Shown piece by piece: positions 24,948 to 37,680 of a stretch of 64,000 bases of DNA. The stretch's first letter is position 1; each line of letters opens with the position of its first letter. Source of the DNA: Phallusia mammillata. Its lineage: Eukaryota. A program made the position numbers and the translations under genes. Location of the stretch: the NCBI GenBank assembly GCA_965637545.1, contig OZ281494.1, positions 2,170,001 through 2,234,000 on the forward strand, written 5' to 3'. Below the pieces are notes generated by a model, which ran no database searches, was not told the DNA's origin, and worked only from the letters and a program-made list of their open reading frames with translations.

Positions 24948-25937
24948 ATGAATTTGTGGTTGATTAATCTTGTTGTATTGTTGGCATTTTTACTGCTGTC
25001 AGCTCACTCCAAACCACCTAAGGAACTTTCAGATCTATCACAAAACCAAGAAGTTCGTTGTCCAACGGTTCAATGTAAGCTTTTGACAGAGCTTGTGGAA
25101 AAAAAATCTGATAACAAATGTTGCGTTTTACAGTTGAAAGAATCATGTAATCAAATTTACAAACTTATGTTTTTAGATTGTCCTTTATCGCACTACATAT
25201 TTAAACGTGCAAGGGAACCGGAAGATTACATCACTTACAGAAGATACTTTCCCACGCTCAAAGTCGCCACCATGTGTATGTTTATCAATCTTGAAGATTT
25301 TTCGAGAATTATACCCGTGGTTAGCTACCAACACGTGAACTACTCTCACAATGAGATTACGTTGGAAGTTCGTTCATCATCAATACGTTTTTACGTTGGT
25401 GGACATTTCAACGAGTGGCCGTACGATATACTTGGGTTACTTACAGTAAGTTTACTATCAGTGGTATTTTTTCCGCATTACCTATGATCGTTTGTTTTAT
25501 TTAGTATCACATTTGTGTCATGTTTGATGGTCGAAACAAATCAAGAGGTTTGTATATAAACGGTGAATATCTTGGCAACCAAACTAAAGCAGACGTGGAG
25601 GTTATACACGGAGGGGGCGATTTTATTATGGGTCAGGATATAGATTTCCAACGTCCTGGTGGCATTTATCCCGACAGAACTTTTAAGTAAGTTAATATCT
25701 GTCTTTGGTTAATTTAGAAAGGTAAACAATACCGCATTTACTTTTCACCATAGAGGTACCAATGACAATTTCGTCATCTTTCCTCGAATTCTCAGTCAAG
25801 CTGAAGTGATACAAATGGGTTATCAGTGTCTCTGTCCAGTTGATCACATGGTGACAATGACCTTGGACAAGGTCGATTTTAATGGAGAAACCGATTACGA
25901 TACTCCGACTGGTTGTCCCACAATTGATTCAACATAA
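24948..25937 (+). CDS. Secreted pentraxin-domain protein, class B, no coiled-coil exon (B2, 253 aa)
   Basis: Exons 24948-25074, 25177-25445, 25505-25686 and 25754-25937 (762 nt, phases consistent). Signal peptide MNLWLINLVVLLAFLLLSAHS. Motifs RRYFPTLKVATMC, YHICVMFDG, GGGDFIMGQDID and GTNDNFVIFPRIL. Confidence 0.85.
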
Positions 25938-27779
25938 ACGTGTAAACACCAAAGCGTGTAATTTATAGTACTTTATGTGATTCCTGTTTCATGACTAATT
26001 ATCTTCAACTTGGTTTTGGTATTGGGTGTTTAACATAATATAAAAAAATAAACGGTGCATCACAAAACCAAACAAAAAAACATTGTGCTGTAAGCTTCAC
26101 ATCAAAACAAATATGTTAATCATTTAGAGTAGATTGAGGGCAAAAATGTAATCTAATCGTATCTTTCCTGGAAATACAGATGAATAGTAAAACTGTAATA
26201 AATACTGAAAAACACTAGATTCACGATTTATAACCAGAGGATTAGAACGGTTTCACAGTTTCAGCGTTTTGCTTCTTTTAACAATTAAATTTGTAAGACC
26301 ACAATGCAAACACTTGCAAAATCATATTGGGTTATTACTTCATTACCAATATTACCATTACCAGGCACCCTTCCCTCGACAACTACACTATGTCAAACAA
26401 AATTCAACATTGCATGGGACATCGAAGTCTTGATTGATCAGAGTTTTATAGGATACTTTAAAGAGGCAATAAACTATGAACGGTTGAGAGTAAGCGCAGT
26501 GCAGTACATCGGCAAAAGATTTGAGCTTTGTCTTGCAAAAATCTACGCATGGTACCTGACCAGTCACAACCACTAGTTTTATTTCTTTCAAATCGAAAAG
26601 GTGCGTTGTTTTTAGAAAAAAAACATGAATCGCGACATTAAAGTTGTCTTTTGATTTGTTTCTAAACCAAATCACTCACGTTGCAGCACAACCTAAAAAA
26701 ACTATATAAGGTCCCTTATGAATTTTGACAAACATGCAAAGGTCTTAAAATATTTACCAAAACATTCTTAGTTTATCTTCAGACACGCATGTTAGAGATG
26801 ACCCAAGTTGGTCTTGAAATACCCAGAAGCTGGTGTGTCGCCATGAAAAACATGCACAAACAAATCTTTAACAAGGTTTGTTTTGGTTTGTCCACTCTCC
26901 AGACATTGTTACTTTTTGATTATCAAAAATATGGTAATTTAAGATAACTTACAAGTTATAAGCGATAAAAAAGATAATAAGACCTTGTACCGAGTATTTT
27001 TTGAATCAAAACAAAAGCAATCAAACCTAAGTTTCGAATTATGAACGCATTTGTGTAACTTTTTAACGTAAACTTAACAGGTTTCGTATTTAACATTGGC
27101 GTTACTTTAAATAGATTTTTGGAGTCACGATCGACAACTGAATTTATATGACGTCTTTAGTAACTGAAGCAGATGCCCACTCCTTTCTTGATTACCAGTT
27201 GGGCCAAAATGGTTTACTGTAAACATCTTGCAAACCTTTCACTTTAACGATTTATTTGTTTTTCAACGATCGTAAAAAGTTTAAAACTCGTCAAATCCTC
27301 GTTTAAGTTGGCAGTTCTCACTACAAGCTATTCGAGTAAATACATTAATCCTGTACAAACACTATTAGGAGCAATAAAAGCGTAGTAATAAACGTAGTTA
27401 ATTGTTGGTTCTGTATGGAAATGTGGCAATAAATGAGCTGATCAAACATGTGTCAAATCCCAATCTTACCAGAAAACATATTTTACTGGTTGAAGTTCAC
27501 GTTGGGGAGCTCTTAAAAGGTACAAAACATTTACAAAACATCGACTGGTCTCTTTAAACCGTGTCAAATTACAGGTATGGAGGCAATAATGACGTCAACT
27601 ACTCCATAAAAAGTCGTGAGCATTTTTTATGGGTATGTTCATGTTTGATATTTCGCTGCGTAAAATTTACCCTGTAAAACGAAGATGGTATGGCGTTCGT
27701 CGCTATAAATGCATGAAACGTCCATTGGTTCAGCAGAAGTGTTTACTGGGGCCGATGTGTTAGAAGTTTCTCATAGAAA

Positions 27780-29122
27780 ATGCATTTGGCTTCTATTCTT
27801 ATGCTATTGATCTCTGTTTCTGCCTTCAGGGCGGCAAATGTGCATCAAAATTGCACAGGTGAGTTCGAAACATACATTTGATTCTATTTTGCATCATAAA
27901 GCAAATATTTGCATAATTGGATCATATTATATTTTTAGATGAAATTTCGCAACTTCAGCGGAAAGTTTCTAAATTGAACAAACTAGTTTCTTTGACGAAA
28001 TTCAAGCCAACCGTACCTACCACAAGTAAGTTTGCTAACAACAGACAGATACAAAAACTTAATTATTTTTATTATTATTTGAACAACGACTAACGAATAA
28101 TTATTTGGACAAAATCGAAACCCTCATATTTGACTATACAGTAGACATATGCAGGCTGATCTAAGTGTGTTTAAGGTTTTAACATCGTTACTAAATATTT
28201 GTGGCTGGAATCGTTTCTACAAAGCATCCGCGGTTAGGGATGATTTCCGCACTAATACATCGTAAACCATCAACTTACATTGCACAGTTAAATTGTTCAT
28301 GCATTTTATTATAATAGTTAGCGCAAAAAAGTTTTTCTTGTGCAAAAGCAGAGTATGCTCACATTTTTTAGATTGTACTTTGACACATTTTGAGTTTCCA
28401 CGTCAACTACAAAAAGAAGATTTCGTCTGGTACCGCATGCACTTTCCCAGGCTTACGAGAGCCACCATGTGTGCATGGTTGAGAGCAACCGATCTGTCCC
28501 ACCAAAATTATTATCTAAGTTATGCTACAAACGCTCACAGCAACCAATTACTAATTTCGTTGAGAAAACCATCCACACTGGAGGTTTACATGCAAAGTTA
28601 TGTTGTCAACTTAGAAATGCCGGATCCAGGAAAGTTGGTAAGTTTGAAAATGAGTTGTTTTCATTTTTATGACTTCAACAAAACATAAAGCGCTTTGCAG
28701 AATCATGTGTGCGTCTGGATTGACTCCAAACGAGCTGTTATTGGAGCTTTTGTCAATGGTGAAGAAATTCCCTCACAAGGTTATCCTGGATATGTTGTCC
28801 AGGGAGGTGGAAGCTTAATACTTGGACAAGATCAGGATGCTGTTAATGCAGGAAATCTTGACCCTAATCAATGCTTTAGGTGAGAAAATTTTAGAGTAAT
28901 TGTATAACAAGTTTTTTTGGCGGGTACTTGTCTTTATTCAGTGGGACAATCGACAACTTTATGATCTGGCCTCGTGTTCTCTCCCACGTGGAAGTGCTGA
29001 GGATCGGAGCGTTGGGTCAATGTCCGATCGACCACGCTGTTGTCATGACAACCGACCGCGTCGAGATGTGGGGGGAGAGCCTCTACTCTGTTCCGACCGA
29101 GTCCCCTTTGATGGACGTTTAA
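27780..29122 (+). CDS. Secreted pentraxin-domain protein, class A, with short coiled-coil (A4, 263 aa)
   Basis: Exons 27780-27858, 27939-28025, 28372-28637, 28701-28879 and 28942-29122 (792 nt, all GT-AG). Signal peptide present. Motifs HFPRLTRATMCAW, NHVCVWIDS and GGSLILGQDQD. Confidence 0.88.
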
Positions 29123-29315
29123 TCTTATGGTTGTTTTACCAACTAATTTGTTAACCACCGTAGTTCTTCGATCATTAACATGTTCGTCATATATTTGAAT
29201 ACTCTAACCACCTCCTTTTTTGTTAATTTGTAAAAGTGATTTTGAATTGTAGTCGCTGGTCGTGTTTAAAGTGTTTGTACAAATTAATGTTCATTATTGC
29301 ATTGCTGTTTTGAAC

Positions 29316-29522
29316 CAGTGGTCGGCAACCACCGGTCCGCGGCCAGGTGCCGGTCCGCGAGGGGTTTGTTACCGGGCCGCAGAAAACTTTCTCAAGGTTC
29401 ACATTGAATCAAATTTGTAGTATTTGTAATTAGTTTTCAGTACTGAAGATTTGTGGTTCTTATCCGTTACAACAATTTTAGTTTCAACCGGTCCGCAGTG
29501 CAAAAAAGGTTGCCGACCCCTG
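29316..29522. mobile_element. hAT-type MITE, 207 bp
   Basis: TIRs CAGTGGTCGGCAACC / GGTTGCCGACCCCTG (14/15). TSD TTTTGAAC / TTTTAAAC (7/8). Internal CCGGTCCGC repeats. Confidence 0.85.
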
Positions 29523-31532
29523 TTTTAAACAACTCATGTTGCATATGCATGTTGTAGATTTCTTTGTTGATTTCATAAGTATAATCAAGTGTTTATGTTA
29601 CTAACAATTTTCCGGCGGTGCAATTGTTTCCCAGTAACAATTGATTTTCTAGACTTGCACAACTACGAAAACATTTAACCACCCACCCTATTTTAACCAC
29701 ATTTTGACATTCATGACTTTTCCTCTTTCAAATTGAAACCAAGACTTGTGCGTGTATTAAACTTCGTCTCGGCTTTTGAGCAAAAGCAAACAAGCTGCAT
29801 TTTCCGAAGCAAAGGTAATTGTGGTAATGATTAAAAACTGCTGCTCTAAATGAAAGATGTTTCTTGTCATAAAATGTTGTAACAGTTCCATTAAATCAAT
29901 ATTTTGCTCGTATTTTGTTAGGTTATCACAACGCCATAAAATCGATGCAAGTCGCGTTTGTGTGATTAAATTTTTTGCTTACATATAAAAAGGAAAGGTA
30001 TAACTTCGCATGACATCAAAAACAATTCGGTTTTGCCTATTTTTTTGCCGAAAATTCGATAGTTAAAATTAAAACTTGATACTATGTCGGTCGGTTTTAT
30101 GATTGCCTCGGCCGCTTTGCAAAACAATTACTGATCTTATGCCCAAAGAGGACAAACGATAATGGATTGGAAATTACACAAGCTGATGCAATTTTAGTTG
30201 TTGTGCATTTAAAACGTTCTGTTGTATGTAATTAGGCTGAAGGGACACACGTTGTGCTTTAAAGTCGTGTTCGTAAAATATTTAGTAAAAGTTTCGGTCG
30301 CCACGAATTGTTTGGAAGAATCGACTCGTTTTTAATAATGTTTTTTGGGCAAAATTTACCGGGCAAACAGACGTTTTAATTCTTCGGTTTTTTATACATC
30401 AATAAACTCATGTTAATGAAGCCCATCATGATATTAGACTACAAGACAACCTTGCTTTGTCTTACGTCATTGTAAAGTATAATCAATTTATTATAACATC
30501 AACAGTCACTTGAACTAGTATGCTAATTTTTATGGAGACAGTATTTGAGTCTTTGTTTTAGGTATATGCGTTGTTATGATTGATGAAAAATTACCCAGTC
30601 GGTCTTAAAATAACAGACCGGTCGTTCTAACCAACTGTGTGAAAAACAACAGAAGTTTCCAGCCAGCATGTCGCCATTAACAAAGTGTACAAAGTCATCA
30701 CAGTGTATAAGGTTCAAGTAGACAGAATGTCAATTTCCCATGATCTGTTTTTAAAAAGACTAGGTGTCGAGAATAATGTGGATTTATTTTTCACAATCAT
30801 TCTCACAACTGTTGACATTTCCTGAAAAGCAAAGGCTGTATGTTGCCCTGAAATTTGTTTCAACAGGTTAATTTATATTGCTATGGCGTTTTGGAAGCTT
30901 GTTACAAAACTCAAAATTTTGCTGCATACTAAACTGGGAGTCAATGCATCATCTATCTTCACGATTTTTAACGTTAAAACAGACGAAAATCCACGCATTT
31001 CATTAGGTATTTTTACATCTGTTAGGTTCTTTTTTTACATTTGTTAGTTAAACACGCACGAACAATGTGTAACTGTTATAGTGTTCTATCCGACATTGGA
31101 ATTTTCAAACGAGTTTCAACTTTTGAACTCAGGGTACGAAGTAGCAATATGTGGGAAATCCGCCCTCTGGATTCGATAAACATACCATGGAAAAACAACA
31201 TCTTATCGGCTTGCTCATTATAATCGTTTTGTACACACTGTTGATGGCGACAAACTGACTCTAAACCCCCAGTCAAGCTGCTGTTGTTTTTGACACACAG
31301 TGTATTACGTCGGCTGGGTATGTTATTCAAAGACAGTCCGGGTAATTTCTCACCAATCTTTATGGGCATATAAGACGAACAACGACTGTTGAGAATCAGT
31401 TTGGAACAATAGACGCTTGAAAGGAAATATTATGTTTTGTTACCACGCAGTTTTGTTACTAATTTTGGTTAGTTTGCAGAACAATTCAAAACTTAGCATC
31501 GTTACAAAAGTTTAGCTACAACTTTCGGCAAA

Positions 31533-32673
31533 ATGAATTTGTGGGGACTTAATGTAGTTTTTTTTTGATGGTATTCTTAGTTCCTCCGGCTTTGACTAAG
31601 CAGGCTGAAGACTTAACCAGAAATGATGGAAGCCGTTCTTCCACAATCCAAAGTAGGTTTGTGATTCGTATTTAGCAGTAGTTAATTATTGCTTGACAAT
31701 CAATTGTTGGTTTTAACGTTAAATATTATCGACACATTTTTTTCTAGTGTGTCCATTGTCCCACTACGTATTTACACGCTCCCAACAACCAGAAGATTAC
31801 ATACGGTTCAAGAGATATTTTCCCACGCTCAAGACAGCCACCATGTGTGTGTTTGTCAATCTGACAGATTTGTCGCAGATTGTTCCTCTATTTAGTTACC
31901 AGACAGATGGTGTTAACACCTACAACGAAATTCTGCTGGAAGTCCGAACTACAACATTGCGTTTCACCATTGGTGGCTATCAAAACGATTTTCTTTATAC
32001 AATAGATCCCGCAGTCATGGTAAGTTTAATCTAAATTTATTATGTAAGCAAAAAAAAATTACAAACCGTAGGCAGATACAGGCTTGCAAAATTACAAAAA
32101 CTATCCAGTCTGGCCAAAACCGTTCAGCTACTCCATATATGCATACTCCATATATAAAACATGTTTTTCGAATTTCAGTATCACATTTGTGCATGGTTTG
32201 ATTCGGCGAATCTACTGAAAGGTATGTACATCAACGGTGCAAGTATTGATGTCCAATCATATGATGGGCGCTATGTCTCCGGGGGAGGCAGTTTTCTGAT
32301 TGGCCAAGATGAAGATTACAGATATGAGGGGGGAATTTATCCAGGCAGAACTTTTGTGTACGTTAATTGTTTACACTTGTTTGAAGAATTCAAACATATA
32401 TGTAAGTATATCGTTTGTTACTCATTTGCGTATCAAGAATGCCTTCTTTGTTTAATGTAAACAATAATTACGTCATTTTTACGTTTCTATAGGGGAACTC
32501 ATGACAATTTCGTCATCTATCCTCGTGTTCTTAATCAAGGCGAAGTGATGCAAATGGGTCTCCAGTGCCTGTGTCCGGTTGATCACATGGTCGCAATGAC
32601 CTTGGACAAGGTCGACTTTAATGGGGAAGCCACCTACGGAATGACAACTTGTTGTCCAACCATCTCGGCATGA
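31533..32673 (+). CDS. Pentraxin class B (B3), no coiled-coil exon; one base short in a T9 run in the signal peptide (pseudogene or homopolymer error)
   Basis: Exons 31533-31652, 31748-32019, 32179-32357 and 32493-32673 total 752 nt. One more T at 31558-31566 gives a 753-nt ORF. The rest is uninterrupted (KRYFPTLKTATMC, YHICAWFDS, GGGSFLIGQDED). Confidence 0.75.
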
Positions 32674-34064
32674 ATAATGCGAAATAAAAATAAAAACACC
32701 AAAACACGGGTGTGTGCTTCTTGTTTTATAACCAGTATACCACATCAAATTTAACACAAATACATTTTCTAAATCTCGTTTAATTTTTACCACGAATTTG
32801 TAGGATCGAGCGATACAAATAATTAAACAAACACGCCCAAATCGCCCCGAACCCAAAACGTTTTTGAGAAGCCCGTATAGGCCTGAAACTTTGATTGACA
32901 GGCCTATACATTAAAGCCTTGGGAAACACCAAGACAACAAACACAATAGACAAAAATAACTTTCTTTTTTCAAAGAAACCTTTTTCATACAACCCGAACC
33001 CGAACGGACTTACAAACTTTAAGTGAGAGTCTATTGTTACAGGTCAATGTGTGACCACGTTCCATATCATTACGTCATAATCATATAATTTAAAGTAATG
33101 TTTCTAAACGCATACTGGAGAGGTATTAGATAAAACCTAAAGATAGAAACCACTAAAATCTATCATTTTAACTAAGGTAAAAGACGACATCGCATCAGCT
33201 TTATGCATGTGTCAATTTAATCAACATGTTGTTTGTTGTTTGAAAGTATCATTTGTTGAATAAAGGTCTACAGGTCTATGTATCAAATGTACACATGCGC
33301 TTACGTCATTGCAAAGTCTGATCAATTTCTTACACCATCCAATAGCGTCGCTTGAACTAGAATTCAAATATTTAGTAATGGAAACGTATATTTGCGCTGT
33401 TATGGTCGATGGAGAATTACGTAATTGGGTTTGACATAACAAATCCACTCGATGTAACTAACTTCGTGAGAAAAACAACAGCAGCTTGTGTGAGGTTACA
33501 TACAGTATGTCTCCATCAACAATGTGTACAACATGACCATAGCGTACAAACTGTCGACCGGAAAACTTTCCCATTATCTTTTCTAATTTGATGCAAGTAA
33601 TAACTTTTCACATATTAATACTTCGTAACAAGTAATAACGTTATTTGAACTAGGATGCAAATTTGGATGAAGTCAGTAATTGAGTGTATGTTTCACGTCT
33701 GTTCGTTGATAAGATGGAAAAGTACCCAGCTGGTTTTGAAATAACGCATCAAGTCTGTGTAACAAACTTTGTGAGAAAAACAACAGCAGCCTGTGTAGAG
33801 GTTACAGTTAGTACGTACGTCACAAAAAAGCTGAACTAGAATTGACATGTAAAGTATTTTTACACATACCCTTTTTTAATCTGACATTATGTTTAAGTGC
33901 TACTACATATTAATTTGTTTAATTTCGTACATCGTTTCACAAAAAATCAGTTTATGCCACTACATGCATACAACAACTAGGATACATTCATCACAATCGA
34001 CAATTAGTGAAATATTGAATCATTCATCATGGATAGTATTATATTTAAAAATGCGACCGCATGA

Positions 34065-34152
34065 TTAAACGACCAACAAAGGACACTCGGTCGGAACAGA
34101 GTAGAACTGCGAGGTCAACTGGACATTTTCACAACGTTCCGATCCTCAGCAC
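34065..34152 (-). pseudogene. Decayed class A pentraxin terminal-exon remnant (inverted)
   Basis: The reverse complement reads VLRIGTL*KCPVD...YSVPTECPLLVV* with an internal deletion. The 3' flank matches the flank of A5 (41144-41220). Confidence 0.75.
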
Positions 34153-35099
34153 CTTGTACCTTGTAACAAAACGGCCCCGCTTTACTTTCCAGTTGGGATT
34201 CTTTGGTTTGCAACTATCTTGTGTGGTTCACGGCCCGATATATCGTCGTATGTTTGCTGAAACATTTCGAAAGCAAACACAGCAAGAAAACACACCTCAC
34301 GTGGACAAACACAATCAATGCAATTGATTTATTACACCTGTTGTCATGAGTTTGCCAACTGCACCAAATAAGCGGGCCAACTTGTTTGTGACTCATATGT
34401 TAACCCACAATTTAGTCGCTTTCATACATTGTGTATCGTTTGCTGTTAAAACTTCTTTCGAATTTATTGCCTTTTTGGATTTGTCATCATTAATTATATC
34501 CTTTGTTTTGTCAGATGTCAAATTTAAATTGTTTAGGGTAGGTTAACGATTGTACGTTGTGTAGTTTATGTTGTTGTGTAAACCAACATTACTATGAGAA
34601 CATGCATTTCAAAGCTGAGTTTCTTGAAATGATGATATTTATTTACTCATATGTGCATGGCCGTCATTTGACTAGTTAGTTACCAAATTACAAAACAATT
34701 TGGGAGCTATAGTGTTTAAACGGAAGAGCATACTTATATTCTAGCAAGCACCGCACAGTGTTTGTGGATGAAAATAATGGCTAATTTAGGGTAAAACTAA
34801 AATCGGCAAACCAGACAAAACAGTAGTATTCCGCGGCACAGTGGTTTATAACCAATGCCATATGTGTTAATACTGTAACAATTTGGCGTGTATTTTGATA
34901 TTGTTTTATGTGTTGTGAATTTTCCTCTGTCCAACATTTGATTAGTGCTTGATAGAATGATCCACTCCAACGTTGTTTGTCCTAATGCTTATTGACTTAG
35001 AAGGGCCCTTTTACGGTTGCTTAGTCATTACCTCTTGTGTACAATAATTCTGTATTCTATTGTGCGTCAGCAAAGGGGGCGTTGAGGACAAGCAAGGCA

Positions 35100-35914
35100 A
35101 AGCCGAAATACTCACAGGTTTTAACAACCTTGGTGAAGCATCGCAACGGCAAAATACCATAAAAAAATGCTTCCTTATCAACACACCTCCCCCGCATCTC
35201 TTTTGAGCTCTATATACACGAAACACGGCGCAACATGGTTTATCATGTGGCCAAAGCATGCTGTTCTGTCATGTTAATCTTTGACACATAATGAACACAA
35301 ATCATGATTGCAAAATGATGTTCTGTAGAGGCCTCTCTTACTACCGTTATTGTGTGCTTTCATACTACAGCGAACCGGACAGATTGCCTTCTTTCTTTGA
35401 CTCTCGTCTTATGCGGCGTATTCGCACGTTGCGTTTTTCCATTAAGATGCACCTCGAATAAACTGCTCGCCACAATGAAAAGCTGAAAACCACCACGTGG
35501 AGATAAATGCAAAAGTGTTTCGTTTTAAGCTTTTGCTGTTCAGCTGTTGGCATACATGTCATACAACTTATCTTGGTAAACAATTAGCCCGATAAAATGT
35601 CCTAATGTTTGTGAGTGGCAGAGTGGGAGAGATCACATATGTCATGTGGATACATAGAGATGTTGGCAGGTTTCTAAATTAGAAACTCGTGAGGCTTCTA
35701 ATATTTACTTGTTGTGACACATCATCGTTTGCAAACAACCTATATTAAAACATTTTAATGATTTGATAAGAAATCTTAAGTGAATAGTAAAACGAAATTG
35801 TCAGAAACTTACAAAGAAAATCAAACTGTTTTCTGTGCCTATCTTTTAAAATACAACGTTACAATAATCGATTTAATCACCATAGTTTTCAAACCACGAC
35901 CACCAACATTTGGT
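35100..35914 (-). repeat. Inverted copy of spacer S1 downstream of B4
   Basis: The reverse complement matches the 9757-11050 region (for example GTGACATATGTGATCTCTCCC and CACATGATAAA.....CGC...TTCGTGTAT). Confidence 0.7.
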
Positions 35915-37680
35915 TTACTGCGAAATAATTGGACACTCATTGGAAACGATGTAGGTGGTTTCCCCAGAGAATTCGACCTTGTCCAAGGTCATGGAAATCA
36001 CGTGATCAACCGGGCATTGACACTGGAAAGCCATTCTTATGATTTCGACTTCCGTGAGAACGCGAGGATAGATGATGAAGTTTTTGTGGGTTCCCCTGTA
36101 AGTACAACAACATTTTTTTACCGAAGTATGAGTATAATAAGATGCTTATACAACTTAATAGATAAACTATAGCTCGCATAGACCAACATGGGCGCGATGT
36201 AAAGCGAGAAAAAGCAAAAGGCACAAGTGGTACGTATGGATTATTTCATTTCAATGATGTTTAAATTTTATCCAGTACATGTCTTAAATGGAAGTCAACC
36301 TTTACCGCTTTACGTAGATCTTTAACCGAAATACACGAGGGATTAAACCGTTATCATATTCCTATCACCAAGGTAAAAAGAAATAAATAGCTTGCGTTTG
36401 CTCAAAAGTACTACAAACCATTAATTAAATATTATACCTAAAACTTCGGTCTTCGATGAAGCCATCATACTTTTCGTCTTGACCAATCAAGAGGCTTCCA
36501 CCCCCTTCAACGACCGAACCGTCATACCCTTGTGTGCCAATGTCTTCTCCGTTGATATATACGCCCATAATTTTGTTCTTTGAATCAAACCATGCACAAA
36601 TGTGATACTGAAATACAAATAGAAGCGGGCTCTGTGTTCATTCTGTTGGGCTAGAACAGCGGTTCTCAAACTGGGGTCCGCAGTCCTTAGCGGTCCGCCA
36701 TGCGATTTCAAAGGGATCGCGCGGAGCTTAAAATACGTGCACAATAATATATTTAGCTTGGACCGCGTGTGTTCAAAAAATGCGAGGGAACCGTTATGAC
36801 AAAACAATAAGAAAGTTTGAGAACCGCTGGACTAGAATACATGATCTTGTTTGATTAATTTTGGTTTTTACAGTCAGCAAAATGAAACAGAATTCTCAAA
36901 GTGTAAAGTAGCTTTTTATAAGTTCATGCAACATAAGTTGTGTTATTGTTTACCTGTGTTTTACTGCAGAAAACATAATAGAAATCATTGACAGAATTTG
37001 AAACAACAAATCGTATAAACTCGCCAGGTACGATTTCAATAAGAATTGCATTTGCGGCAGTTGATGTTTTGTAACTTGCCGCTGCGGCGGCGTCCACCAG
37101 ATTCTCAAAGTAGACAAACGCACACACGGTGGCAGCCTTGAGCGTGGGAAAGTATCTCTTGTAACGGATGTAATCTTTCTGTTGGTTGTCATGTGGAAAA
37201 ATGAAATGAGTTTGGAGACAACCTACAAAGAAAGGGAAAAAATGTCTTAATATTTTGGGTTGATTTAAATTAGTTGTATCCTCACTTATATTTGACAGTT
37301 GTACAAAATGTATGGAGATGCGTATAGAACTAAATTTACTAATAAAAATTCCATCATATACAATACCATTGATATTATCGTTTCTACTCACTTTCATTCG
37401 GTGTTTGTGGTGGTATTTGCATCGCCCTCACTTGCATTTGAAGATTTTCAAACTTTTTCTCAATTCGTTGAAGTTTATCTGTTTGCATACAAATTGTTGT
37501 AAACTTAAATTTGCTGTTTCAATAAACAGTATAAATATTTGTGATACCTGCATAACATGAATTGACTTCGCATGTCGTGTTGTCCGTAATCTTTGGCACA
37601 CTTGTGTTTCTTCCCGTTACATCATCTGAATTAGCCAAAGCCACCAAAATCAGGAATATTTGATACGTTTCAAATACCAT
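35915..37680 (-). CDS. Secreted pentraxin-domain protein, class B, with coiled-coil exon (B4, 279 aa)
   Basis: Exons 37680-37548, 37478-37392, 37222-36954, 36607-36438 and 36095-35915 (840 nt, GT-AG, phases consistent). Motifs KRYFPTLKAATVC, YHICAWFDS, GGSLLIGQDEK and GTHKNFIIYPRVL. Confidence 0.88.
36657..36829. mobile_element. hAT-type MITE, 173 bp, in B4 intron 3
   Basis: Perfect 16-bp TIRs CAGCGGTTCTCAAACT / AGTTTGAGAACCGCTG. TSD GGCTAGAA / GACTAGAA (7/8). Confidence 0.9.
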
